Assembly (NCBI GenBank): GCA_947259975.1 | Contig: CAMYOD010000077.1 | Coordinates: 8,473 to 72,472, forward strand | Reading direction: 5' to 3' | From: an uncultured Gammaproteobacteria bacterium | GTDB lineage: Bacteria > Pseudomonadota > Gammaproteobacteria > HyVt-429 | Length of the DNA: 64,000 nucleotides | Shown: positions 1 to 7,325 of the stretch, in pieces | Layout: every line of letters begins with the position of its first letter | Numbering within the stretch: the first letter of the stretch is position 1 | Position numbers and translations under genes: made by a program | Notes under the pieces: generated by a model | Databases searched by the model: none | What the model was told of the DNA's origin: nothing | What the model saw: the letters and a program-made list of their open reading frames with translations, nothing else

Positions 1-1079
1 GTTCCGCCCTGTTTACCCGCGGTGAGACCCAGGCGCTGGTAGTGACCACGCTGGGCACGGCGCGGGATGCGCAGATCATCGATGCCCTGGAAGGCGAGCG
101 CAAGGATCCGTTCATGCTGCACTACAACTTCCCGCCGTTTTGTGTCGGTGAGACCGGCCGCGTCGGCAGCCCGAAGCGCCGCGAGATCGGCCACGGCCGC
201 CTGGCGCGTCGTGGCATCGGCGCGATATTGCCGGACATGGCCGAGTATCCCTATACCCTGCGGGTGGTCTCCGAGATCACCGAGTCCAACGGCTCCAGCT
301 CCATGGCCACGGTCTGCGGCACCAGCCTGTCGCTGATGGACGCGGGTGTGGCAGTGAAAGCACCGGTGGCCGGTGTGGCCATGGGTCTGATCAAGGAAGA
401 AGAGCGCTTTGCCGTGCTCACCGATATCCTCGGCGACGAGGATCACCTCGGCGACATGGACTTCAAGGTGGCGGGCACCACTGAAGGCATCACCGCGCTG
501 CAAATGGACATCAAGATCGAAGGCATCAACGAGGAGATCATGCGCACCGCGCTGACGCAGGCCCAGGCCGGCCGCCTGCATATCCTCGGTGAGATGGCGA
601 AAGTGATTTCCGAGCCGCGCGCGGAGATGTCCGATTACGCGCCGCAGGTGATCAGCATCCAGATTCCCACCGAGAAGATCCGCGACGTCATCGGCAAGGG
701 TGGCGCCACCATTCGCGGCATCTGCGAAGAGACCGGTGCGACCATCGATATCACCGACGACGGCACCGTGAAAATCGCCTCCGTCGACCGCAGCGCCGGC
801 GAAGAGGCCAAGCGCCGCGTCGAGCAGATCACCGCCGACGTGGAAGTGGGCATGGTCTACGAGGGCAAGGTCGCCAAGCTCATGGACTTCGGCGCGTTTG
901 TCACCATCCTGCCCGGCAAGGACGGGCTGGTGCACATCTCGCAGATCTCCAACGAGCGGGTCGAGAACGTCAGCGACAAGCTCAAGGAAGGTCAGGTCAT
1001 CAAGGTCAAGGTGCTGGAAGTGGACAAGCAGGGCCGCATCCGCCTCAGCATGAAGGCCGTGGATCAGGAAGCTGCCTGA
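1..1079 (+). CDS. pnp: Polynucleotide phosphorylase, C-terminal part (5' end outside window)
   Basis: [33 protein letters not shown] motifs followed by KH and S1 domains. Confidence 0.98.
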   Translation, partial: SALFTRGETQALVVTTLGTARDAQIIDALEGERKDPFMLHYNFPPFCVGETGRVGSPKRREIGHGRLARRGIGAILPDMAEYPYTLRVVSEITESNGSSSMATVCGTSLSLMDAGVAVKAPVAGVAMGLIKEEERFAVLTDILGDEDHLGDMDFKVAGTTEGITALQMDIKIEGINEEIMRTALTQAQAGRLHILGEMAKVISEPRAEMSDYAPQVISIQIPTEKIRDVIGKGGATIRGICEETGATIDITDDGTVKIASVDRSAGEEAKRRVEQITADVEVGMVYEGKVAKLMDFGAFVTILPGKDGLVHISQISNERVENVSDKLKEGQVIKVKVLEVDKQGRIRLSMKAVDQEAA

Positions 1080-1116
1080 TCGGCGACGTTATATAGACAT
1101 TATATAAAGGAATACC

Positions 1117-1142
1117 AAAGGGGCCTGCGGGCCCCTTTTTTT
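1117..1142 (+). terminator. Rho-independent terminator of pnp
   Basis: aaaggggcc-tgcg-ggccccttt stem-loop followed by T-run. Confidence 0.85.
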
Positions 1143-1144
1143 AT

Positions 1145-1170
1145 GGGGTCGGAGTGATCACTCCGACCCC
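1145..1170. repeat. Perfect 26-bp palindrome made of fused left and right TIR cores
   Basis: ggggtcggagtga|tcactccgacccc; each half matches the outer 13 bp of the TIRs at 1703, 2445, 3261, 4019. Confidence 0.9.
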
Positions 1171-1308
1171 TTTTTCTTACCAAGGCCGGGGTATATCGCG
1201 CATATTATTATGCACTAGTTTGTAAGCAGGAATCGATTCAGCTTTTAACATTAGGATATACATGATCCGTGCCCAACAATAGTATTGATGGAAAAAGAGA
1301 AGTTATAG

Positions 1309-1683
1309 ATGAACGAGCAAGGAATTAGTGCACTCTGGAATGCTTTGGTGCATAACGGGTTTATTTTTGTGCCCTCATTTATTCTGCTTACTGAAAACTA
1401 TACTGTAGCAATGATAGCTATATTGCTGACTGTGTTAGATTGGAAATTTAGTCGCCTAATTTTCCGAGCAAATGATCGAAGGACTGGCTTAAGTGTTTGG
1501 TTTTATGGAACGTTGAGTATTTCGATATTTGTTGTATGGGTGCTGTTAAGACTTCGTGAGCAAGGTCTTGAAAGAATCGAAGGAGTTGTCCTATATGTTT
1601 TTATCATTTATATGATCACATTAGCACTTTCGGCTATCTATCTTTTTGCTTACGCTGTTAAATATCAAGACGAGTTTGGATAA
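1309..1683 (+). CDS. AT-rich hypothetical membrane protein (124 aa, about 4 TM segments)
   Basis: Hydrophobic stretches in translation; visibly much lower GC than flanking genes. Confidence 0.7.
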   Translation: MNEQGISALWNALVHNGFIFVPSFILLTENYTVAMIAILLTVLDWKFSRLIFRANDRRTGLSVWFYGTLSISIFVVWVLLRLREQGLERIEGVVLYVFIIYMITLALSAIYLFAYAVKYQDEFG

Positions 1684-1702
1684 TAAGAATGTGAAGAAAA
1701 AA

Positions 1703-1730
1703 AGGGTCGGAGTGATTTATTTTTAAGCAA
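1703..1730 (+). repeat. Left TIR copy 1 (L1)
   Basis: agggtcggagtgatttatttttaagcaa; 25/28 match to reverse complement of R2. Confidence 0.9.
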
Positions 1731-1842
1731 CCGCCGGGAAGGCGTATAGTAACGATTCGCTAACCTGCCATACGCAAAAGGAGTTGCGATGTACGTTCCT
1801 CAGGCCCGCCCCAGCCTTGGGCGAGTACTTCTCATTATACAT

Positions 1843-1871
1843 TTGACGTACTACGCGACGCGTAGTACGCT
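1843..1871 (+). promoter_or_regulatory. sigma70 promoter of higBA with overlapping palindromic operator
   Basis: TTGACG(1843)-17 bp-TACGCT(1866); inverted repeat cgtactacgcg-a-cgcgtagtacg at 1847-1869. Confidence 0.65.
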
Positions 1872-1877
1872 TTACTC

Positions 1878-2165
1878 GTGATCAAGTCGTGGGCGAACCG
1901 CGCCAGTGAGCGCCTGTACCAGCACGGCAAGGTGACGCGGTTTCGTGGCATGGATGTCGCCTGGGCGCTGGATTTATTGGCCGTGCTCGACGCTGCCACC
2001 TCGCTGGATGACATCAGTCCGTTGCGGAGTATCGGGCTGCATAAGACCAAAGGCGATCGCAAAGGGCAGTGGGCGATGACGATCAATGGCCCGTGGCGCA
2101 TCTGTTTCCGGTTTCGCGCCGGCGATGCGTACGACGTCGAAGTGGTGGATTATCACAGAGGTTAG
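1878..2165 (+). CDS. higB: HigB-type (RelE/ParE superfamily) toxin
   Basis: MIKSW...LHKTKGDRKGQWAMTINGPWRICFRF...DVEVVDYH pattern; toxin precedes antitoxin. Confidence 0.9.
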   Translation: MIKSWANRASERLYQHGKVTRFRGMDVAWALDLLAVLDAATSLDDISPLRSIGLHKTKGDRKGQWAMTINGPWRICFRFRAGDAYDVEVVDYHRG

Positions 2166-2170
2166 CAAAG

Positions 2171-2440
2171 ATGGTGGCAGTACATCCGGGACAGATCCTT
2201 AAGCGGGAGTTGGCCGCGCGTGAGTTGTCGGCCAACCGTCTGGCGTTGGCCTTGCACGTGCCCTCGGGGCGGATTACCTCGATCCTCAATGGTAAGCGCG
2301 CGATTAGCCCAGAGACCGCGCTGCGGCTGGCGCGCTATTTCGGCAACAGCGCGCAGTTCTGGATGAATCTGCAGACCCGGTACGATCTCGCCGTGGCAGA
2401 GCGCGAGGTGGGTGAACGGATCGAAGCCGAGGTTGGTTAA
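2171..2440 (+). CDS. higA: HigA antitoxin (HTH)
   Basis: HPGQILKREL...ISPETALRLARYFGNSAQFWMNLQTRYDL; start moved to ATG 2171. Confidence 0.92.
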   Translation: MVAVHPGQILKRELAARELSANRLALALHVPSGRITSILNGKRAISPETALRLARYFGNSAQFWMNLQTRYDLAVAEREVGERIEAEVG

Positions 2441-2444
2441 AAAA

Positions 2445-2472
2445 GAGGTCAGAGTGATTTATTTTTAAGCAA
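2445..2472 (+). repeat. Left TIR copy 2 (L2)
   Basis: gaggtcagagtgatttatttttaagcaa; 24/28 match to reverse complement of R2. Confidence 0.9.
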
Positions 2473-2530
2473 CCGCCGGGAAGGCGGATAGTCAAGATCT
2501 ATCATCATACCGTACGCAAAAGGATTTGCG

Positions 2531-3241
2531 ATGCCACGAAAACCACGCATGTATCTGCCGGGGATTCCGGCCCACGTCGTGCAACGCGGTCATAATCGCG
2601 AGGCGTGCTTCTTCGCCCACGACGATTACACCTACTATCTCGAAGTCCTGGCACAGGGCTGCCGGCGTTATGACGTAGCGGTACATGCCTATTGCCTGAT
2701 GACCAATCACGTGCACCTGCTGCTCACACCGGCGCACGCCGATGTCGGCATCTCCCAGGTGATGCAGCACGTCGGGCGACTCTACGTGGCCTATATCAAC
2801 CGCACCTACCGCCACAGCGGCTCGCTGCGGGAAGGTCGACACAAGGCCAGTCTGGTGGAGGCGGACCGCTATTTATTGGCGTGCTACCGCTACATCGAAT
2901 TGAACCCGGTGGCGGCCAATATGGTTCAGACGCCGGAGCAATACCGTTGGTCGAGTTACACCTATCATGCACGGGGTACGCCGGATACGCTTGTCACCGA
3001 GCATGCAATCTACACGAGTCTCGGGGAAACCCCGGAAATGCGGCAACGGGTCTACCGGGGGTTGTTCGAAGATCGCCTTCCCGGTGCCGACATTCATGAC
3101 ATCCGGGCCGCGCTTGCATTTAATCATCCGCTCGGCAACGATCGTTTTCGGGGACAGATTGAGCGGGCGCTGGGCCGGTCGGTTGGCGAGAAGCAGCGGG
3201 GGCGGCCGCGGGCAGACCTGGCGGATAACGAATCTGCCTAA
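2531..3241 (+). CDS. Y1 HUH transposase (Y1_Tnp, RAYT-like)
   Basis: MPRKPR..PG..HVVQRGHNR, HAYCLMTNHVHLL (HUH), YIELNPV (catalytic Tyr), YRWSSY, C-terminal RGRPR. Confidence 0.92.
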   Translation: MPRKPRMYLPGIPAHVVQRGHNREACFFAHDDYTYYLEVLAQGCRRYDVAVHAYCLMTNHVHLLLTPAHADVGISQVMQHVGRLYVAYINRTYRHSGSLREGRHKASLVEADRYLLACYRYIELNPVAANMVQTPEQYRWSSYTYHARGTPDTLVTEHAIYTSLGETPEMRQRVYRGLFEDRLPGADIHDIRAALAFNHPLGNDRFRGQIERALGRSVGEKQRGRPRADLADNESA

Positions 3242-3261
3242 AAATAGATCACTCCGACCCC
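3234..3261 (-). repeat. Right TIR copy 1 (R1), contains the transposase stop codon
   Basis: ctgcctaaaaatagatcactccgacccc; 27/28 identical to R2. Confidence 0.9.
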
Positions 3262-3299
3262 TTTTCCACTGACACCGATTCCGTTAGGATCGACCGCCG

Positions 3300-3926
3300 A
3301 TGGGCACGAAACACTACAAGACCAGTCAGGAAGAATTCTGGGCCGGTGACTTCGGCGACGAATACGTCGAAAGAATCACCGGTGACGAATGGGTTGCCAG
3401 CAACATCGCGCTGTTTTCACGAATTTTTCGCACAACTGAGCGATTTGATACGCTGCTTGAGCTCGGCGCCAATATCGGCCTCAATCTTCGTTCGCTCAAA
3501 ACCCTGTTTCCATCATTGACCATGGACGCCGTCGAGATCAACAGTCAGGCGGCTGCAGCGCTGAAGCAGATCGACGGTATCGGTACCGTCTACAACGACT
3601 CGATTCTGGATGTGAGCCTGGATAAACAATACGAGGTCGTACTGATCAAAGGCGTATTGATCCACATCAATCCGGATGAACTGAACAGAGTGTATGAGAA
3701 AATATACAACTCGACGTCGCGGTATATCGTGCTGGCGGAGTATTACAACCCCACGCCCGTCGAGGTGCCGTATCGGGGTCACGAAGGTAAGCTCTTCAAG
3801 AGAGACTTTGCCGGCGAGATGCTGGACCGCTACCCTGATCTTTCAGTCGTGGATTACGGTTTCGTCTGGCATCGCGACGTGCATTTTCCGCAGGATGACT
3901 GTACCTGGTTTGTATTGAGCAAGTAA
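3300..3926 (+). CDS. Pseudaminic acid biosynthesis-associated SAM methyltransferase family protein
   Basis: QEEFWAGDFGDEY, LELGANIGLNL, KGVLIHINP, EYYNPTP..YRGH..LFKRDFAGE motifs. Confidence 0.85.
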   Translation: MGTKHYKTSQEEFWAGDFGDEYVERITGDEWVASNIALFSRIFRTTERFDTLLELGANIGLNLRSLKTLFPSLTMDAVEINSQAAAALKQIDGIGTVYNDSILDVSLDKQYEVVLIKGVLIHINPDELNRVYEKIYNSTSRYIVLAEYYNPTPVEVPYRGHEGKLFKRDFAGEMLDRYPDLSVVDYGFVWHRDVHFPQDDCTWFVLSK

Positions 3927-3991
3927 GAATCTCGCGCGCGCATCAGCGCCCCGCGTCGAGCGGTATAGGTGACGGCGCGGGACCGCCGGGA

Positions 3992-4019
3992 CTGCCTAAA
4001 AATAAATCACTCCGACCCC
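3992..4019 (-). repeat. Right TIR copy 2 (R2)
   Basis: ctgcctaaaaataaatcactccgacccc. Confidence 0.9.
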
Positions 4020-4020
4020 T

Positions 4021-4212
4021 TTAAGCCGTCGAGATCCTAAAAGGTACGCAGGCCGCCTCGCTGGTCGAGACATCGACCGCGGCGGGGGTCGCGTGCTCCG
4101 CCTTGACTGGTGCGGCTTGTTTTAAGTATTGAGTCGACTCGCTGGATACGGGCATCAGAAACGCCAGCAGCAATGCCGCGCCGAGGAAGGAAAAAAGCAT
4201 GCGCTCGCCCAT
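4021..4212 (-). CDS. Small hypothetical protein with signal-peptide-like N-terminus (63 aa)
   Basis: GGAG upstream of ATG; hydrophobic LFSFLGAALLLAFL; stop abuts R2. Confidence 0.45.
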   Translation of the reverse strand: MGERMLFSFLGAALLLAFLMPVSSESTQYLKQAAPVKAEHATPAAVDVSTSEAACVPFRISTA

Positions 4213-4315
4213 GTTGTTATCTCCGCGTAGAAGGGGTGTATTGCAGGTTATCGGCCTCGAGCGGAGAATCTTGAGCCGATCCTAAGCCTCTGTTTGCAAA
4301 ACGATATCCGCGGCG

Positions 4316-4816
4316 CTAGCGAATCTCCTCGGTGGCAAATTGCTTGTCGAGGATCTGCGGGCGTATGACCGCATAGCCCTGTAGCTGCCAATGCGCGAGT
4401 TCGGTGATGGCCGACGGCACCACCTCGACGAAGTCGTGAAAGTCCGCAAGCTCGTAGTCGAAATCTGCCGCCGCCAGGGCGCACACTTTGAAGGTAACGC
4501 CCAGTTCAACCCAGTAGCGCATGCGATCGACCGCGGCCTTGTATTTAGGGTAGTTCTTCTTGGCCAGGGTGACGATCTCGGTGCCGTGTATCAGCACCTT
4601 GATGTCGTTGAAGTCGGGTGGAATGTTGTAGGGTTCTTCGGTGAGCGGATTAGCCAGGGAGCGAATCCAATAGAGGGCGGAATTAATGTCCTGCGGGTTG
4701 TTGAAATAGAAGTCGAACACGACCTTCTGTGCGCGGTAGGGGGTTTCCACGAGCTCGGCGGCCGGGCAGATCGACAGATACAGGAATGCAAGAACAAAAA
4801 AGACGGGCCTTTTCAT
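4316..4816 (-). CDS. Exported DsrE-like protein
   Basis: Signal peptide; KVVFD, IKVLIHGTEI, GVTFKVC, VVPSAITELAHWQLQGY; AGGAGG RBS. Confidence 0.75.
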   Translation of the reverse strand: MKRPVFFVLAFLYLSICPAAELVETPYRAQKVVFDFYFNNPQDINSALYWIRSLANPLTEEPYNIPPDFNDIKVLIHGTEIVTLAKKNYPKYKAAVDRMRYWVELGVTFKVCALAAADFDYELADFHDFVEVVPSAITELAHWQLQGYAVIRPQILDKQFATEEIR

Positions 4817-5003
4817 ATGCTTCCTCCTTGGCGGTCGACGATGTAATGCGCCAGGCGTAGCGCAATTCTACCGCACGAAATAGCTCGCGCTTGCGAGGGT
4901 GCGGGACCGCAGTTCTCGTGGTCGTTGAATCCCGCGCCTGTCGATCGACCAGATGCTCGACAGGAACGGCGCGATAGCGCCGGCGGTTTCCTTCGGATAC
5001 GAA

Positions 5004-5114
5004 TTAGATCGTCAGGTCGTCGTAGTGATCGCCTTCCACCACATAGAGTTTGCCGGCGAGATCCGCGATATCGTTACTGCCGATAGGTTGGGTGGTGCAC
5101 AATCTGTGGAACAT
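5004..5114 (-). CDS. Small 36-aa ORF below the ORF-track threshold (MFHRLCTTQPIGSNDIADLAGKLYVVEGDHYDDLTI)
   Basis: GGAGG 8 nt upstream of ATG; TTGACT-17-TATGTT promoter further upstream. Confidence 0.55.
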   Translation of the reverse strand: MFHRLCTTQPIGSNDIADLAGKLYVVEGDHYDDLTI

Positions 5115-5150
5115 AATGCTGTCCTCCATTGCGCGCGCGACGGAAACACC

Positions 5151-5179
5151 AACATACAATACCTGACAAAAATAGTCAA
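5151..5179 (-). promoter_or_regulatory. sigma70-like promoter of the 36-aa ORF
   Basis: Minus strand TTGACT(5179-5174), 17-bp spacer, TATGTT(5156-5151); TGAC-N7-GTCA inverted repeat overlaps it. Confidence 0.5.
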
Positions 5180-5189
5180 GATAAGAGCC

Positions 5190-5237
5190 AAAAAAGGGGT
5201 CGCCGCCCCGCGCCCGATCGGGCAGGGCGACGACCCC
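5190..5237 (-). terminator. Rho-independent terminator of the 599-aa gene
   Basis: ggggtcgtcgccc...gggcggcgacccc long stem followed by tttttt on minus strand. Confidence 0.75.
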
Positions 5238-5256
5238 GTTGGCGTTATTGTGTGCC

Positions 5257-7056
5257 TCAGTTCAGTGGGCAGTCACCGGCTTCGTTCAGGCCGTTGAGTT
5301 CCTCTTCCGTTGCCAGCATGGTCGCACGATCGCCGCTCGCCAAGGCAGCGTTGACCTGCGCGATCACCTGCGCCGGCGAGCGCGGGAAGCCCACGTTCGG
5401 ATGCGCCGCATTCAGCAGCGAGGCGGTGGTGTTGCGTAACAGAATGCGGCTTGCGCCGTCCACGCCCTTGCCGCCCTTGAATTTCAGGGCCTGCTTCAAA
5501 GTGGCGGCGCCGGCGGCGTAGGGTGCCGCGGCAACAAACACATCGGCGACAATATCGCTCGGCGCATAGCCCGTCGGCGGCCAGGAATCGAGATGGTTCT
5601 TCCAATAGCCGTGGGTGCAGCCCTCACCGGCGCCGCGGGGTGCACCGTAGTAATGGCTCGGGTCCTCGTCGTTCACGGTGACCGTGTCGCTGGTGGCCGT
5701 AACCGTTCCGAGATTTGCATATTGGCCGACGACCGCGAGACCGTTGGCGATACAGGTCATCGCCTGAGTCGGCGTCAACGCCGACGCCGGACAGCTGACG
5801 GCCACGCCCTGGTTGTCCAGCACCGTCACGTTCTGCAGTGGCACGTTACCGGTATTGGTGACCACATAGGTCCAGGTGACCGGATCGCCCTCGATGATCG
5901 TCGGGCCCGGGGCGGCGTCGGCGTCATGCCCGTTGGTGGCCTTCTCGATGTCGATGGCCGGCTGCGCGGGAACCACCCCGGTGTAGTGACTCGGGTCACT
6001 GTCGTTGACCTCCACCTCGCGGGCGAAGCCGATGGCGGTACCGATGTTCGCATAGGAGCCCTCCACGGCAGTGCCGCCGGCGGTACAGGTCATGGATGCG
6101 GACGGGGCCAGCGAGGATGCTGGACAACTCACGGATACACCCTGATTGTCGAGCACTTCAATGCCGGTAAGGACCACATCACCCACGTTTTCGACCACGT
6201 AGGTCCAGGTGACCGGATCGCCCACCGGAATTGACGGTCCCGGGCCAACGTCGGCGTCGTGCCCATTGGTGGCCTTTTCGATATCGATGGCGGGATTGCC
6301 TGGCTCGATGCCTTCGTAGTGGCTGTAATCGTTGTCTTGCACCGGATCGCCGTCCGGACTTTCCGCGCTCACGGTGCCCATGTTTTCGTAGGGGCCGAGT
6401 ACCGCGGTGCCGTTCGCCGTACAGGTCATCGACGTGTTCGGGTCCAGCCAATCCGTCGGACAGTTGGCTGGCACGGCTAACGCGCCCAATTGATCGTCGA
6501 CCACAGATATGAATAGCAGGGTCGTATCACCGATGTTGGATACCTCGTAGGTCCAGGTGACGTTATCGCCGACCGGGATCGTAGGGCCAGGCGGCAGATC
6601 CGCATCGTGGCCGTTGGTGAATTTTTCCAGATGCACCGCCGGGTTGCCGCCAATGGTACCGACGTAATAGTGACTCGGGTCGCTGTCGCTCACCTCAGTT
6701 TCCGCAGCGGAGGCGACAACCGACCCCAGGTTATGATACTGGCCGCGTACCGCCCAGCCCACCAACGTGCAGGTCATGCTCTCATTCACCAACAGGATCG
6801 TCTTGGGGCAGAACACGGCGCCTTCCTTGTCATCACTGACCGTGATCTCTGAAAGGTCCACATCCCCGGTGTTGCGCACGATGTAGGACCAAGTGACCGT
6901 GTCACCTTGGGCCAGGGTCGGCCCGGGCGCGGTGTCGGCGTCGTAGCCGTTGGTGAGTTTTTCGATTTCCACGCCGGGCGCTGCCAACGCGGCAGCCTGC
7001 ACGAAGATCAAGATTATTGCGGATAGAATTGACAGCGATAAACGGATAGCATTCAT
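5257..7056 (-). CDS. Secreted protein with four tandem ~113-aa DUF11-like Ig-type repeats and a C-terminal GCTHGYWKNH domain
   Basis: Signal peptide; four copies of (I/L)EKxTNGxDAD..PGP..GD.VTWxY.V.N.G..C..C..Y.N.G..D.SHY. Confidence 0.85.
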   Translation of the reverse strand: MNAIRLSLSILSAIILIFVQAAALAAPGVEIEKLTNGYDADTAPGPTLAQGDTVTWSYIVRNTGDVDLSEITVSDDKEGAVFCPKTILLVNESMTCTLVGWAVRGQYHNLGSVVASAAETEVSDSDPSHYYVGTIGGNPAVHLEKFTNGHDADLPPGPTIPVGDNVTWTYEVSNIGDTTLLFISVVDDQLGALAVPANCPTDWLDPNTSMTCTANGTAVLGPYENMGTVSAESPDGDPVQDNDYSHYEGIEPGNPAIDIEKATNGHDADVGPGPSIPVGDPVTWTYVVENVGDVVLTGIEVLDNQGVSVSCPASSLAPSASMTCTAGGTAVEGSYANIGTAIGFAREVEVNDSDPSHYTGVVPAQPAIDIEKATNGHDADAAPGPTIIEGDPVTWTYVVTNTGNVPLQNVTVLDNQGVAVSCPASALTPTQAMTCIANGLAVVGQYANLGTVTATSDTVTVNDEDPSHYYGAPRGAGEGCTHGYWKNHLDSWPPTGYAPSDIVADVFVAAAPYAAGAATLKQALKFKGGKGVDGASRILLRNTTASLLNAAHPNVGFPRSPAQVIAQVNAALASGDRATMLATEEELNGLNEAGDCPLN

Positions 7057-7134
7057 TTGCCTGGCCCCCGTGATCTGTGCTTCGCCGTGTCTGCATCGAC
7101 GCGCGGCGTCTGCGTAGTTATTCGTACCGAACCG

Positions 7135-7163
7135 ATTATATAATAATAATGATTACAATTACC
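7135..7163 (-). promoter_or_regulatory. Promoter with overlapping Fur-box-like sites
   Basis: Minus-strand TATAAT at 7140-7135; 19-mers at 7139-7157 (14/19) and 7145-7163 (15/19 on minus strand) versus GATAATGATAATCATTATC. Confidence 0.55.
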
Positions 7164-7325
7164 TTGCTATCGATCCTTGATGTCGGTCAACCGCGAAAGG
7201 CGCCAAACCGTTGACGCGGCCGCCGATCCTTGCGCCGGTAAACGCACTGAAATCTTTCGTCGGGTATTGCATGTTCAGGCAGCCTCGCGGACTCACTAGC
7301 ATCGCGGCCAAGGAGTGATCGGACC

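Larger units (their letters stand above)
1145..4019. mobile_element. Y1/HUH transposase element with nested terminal inverted repeats and cargo genes
   Basis: Four 28-bp TIRs plus one fused palindrome around a RAYT-like gene and three unrelated cargo units, inserted right after the pnp terminator. Confidence 0.75.

Noticed and set aside
1145..4019. CRISPR array or classical integron interpretation of the repeats
   Set aside because: The repeats occur in both orientations with gene-sized spacers, there are no cas genes, there is no IntI tyrosine recombinase, and I see no attC-type RYYYAAC...GTTRRRY structure.
5190..5237. ggggtcg-starting hairpin as another TIR copy
   Set aside because: Similarity stops after 7 bp; position and T-run fit an ordinary terminator.
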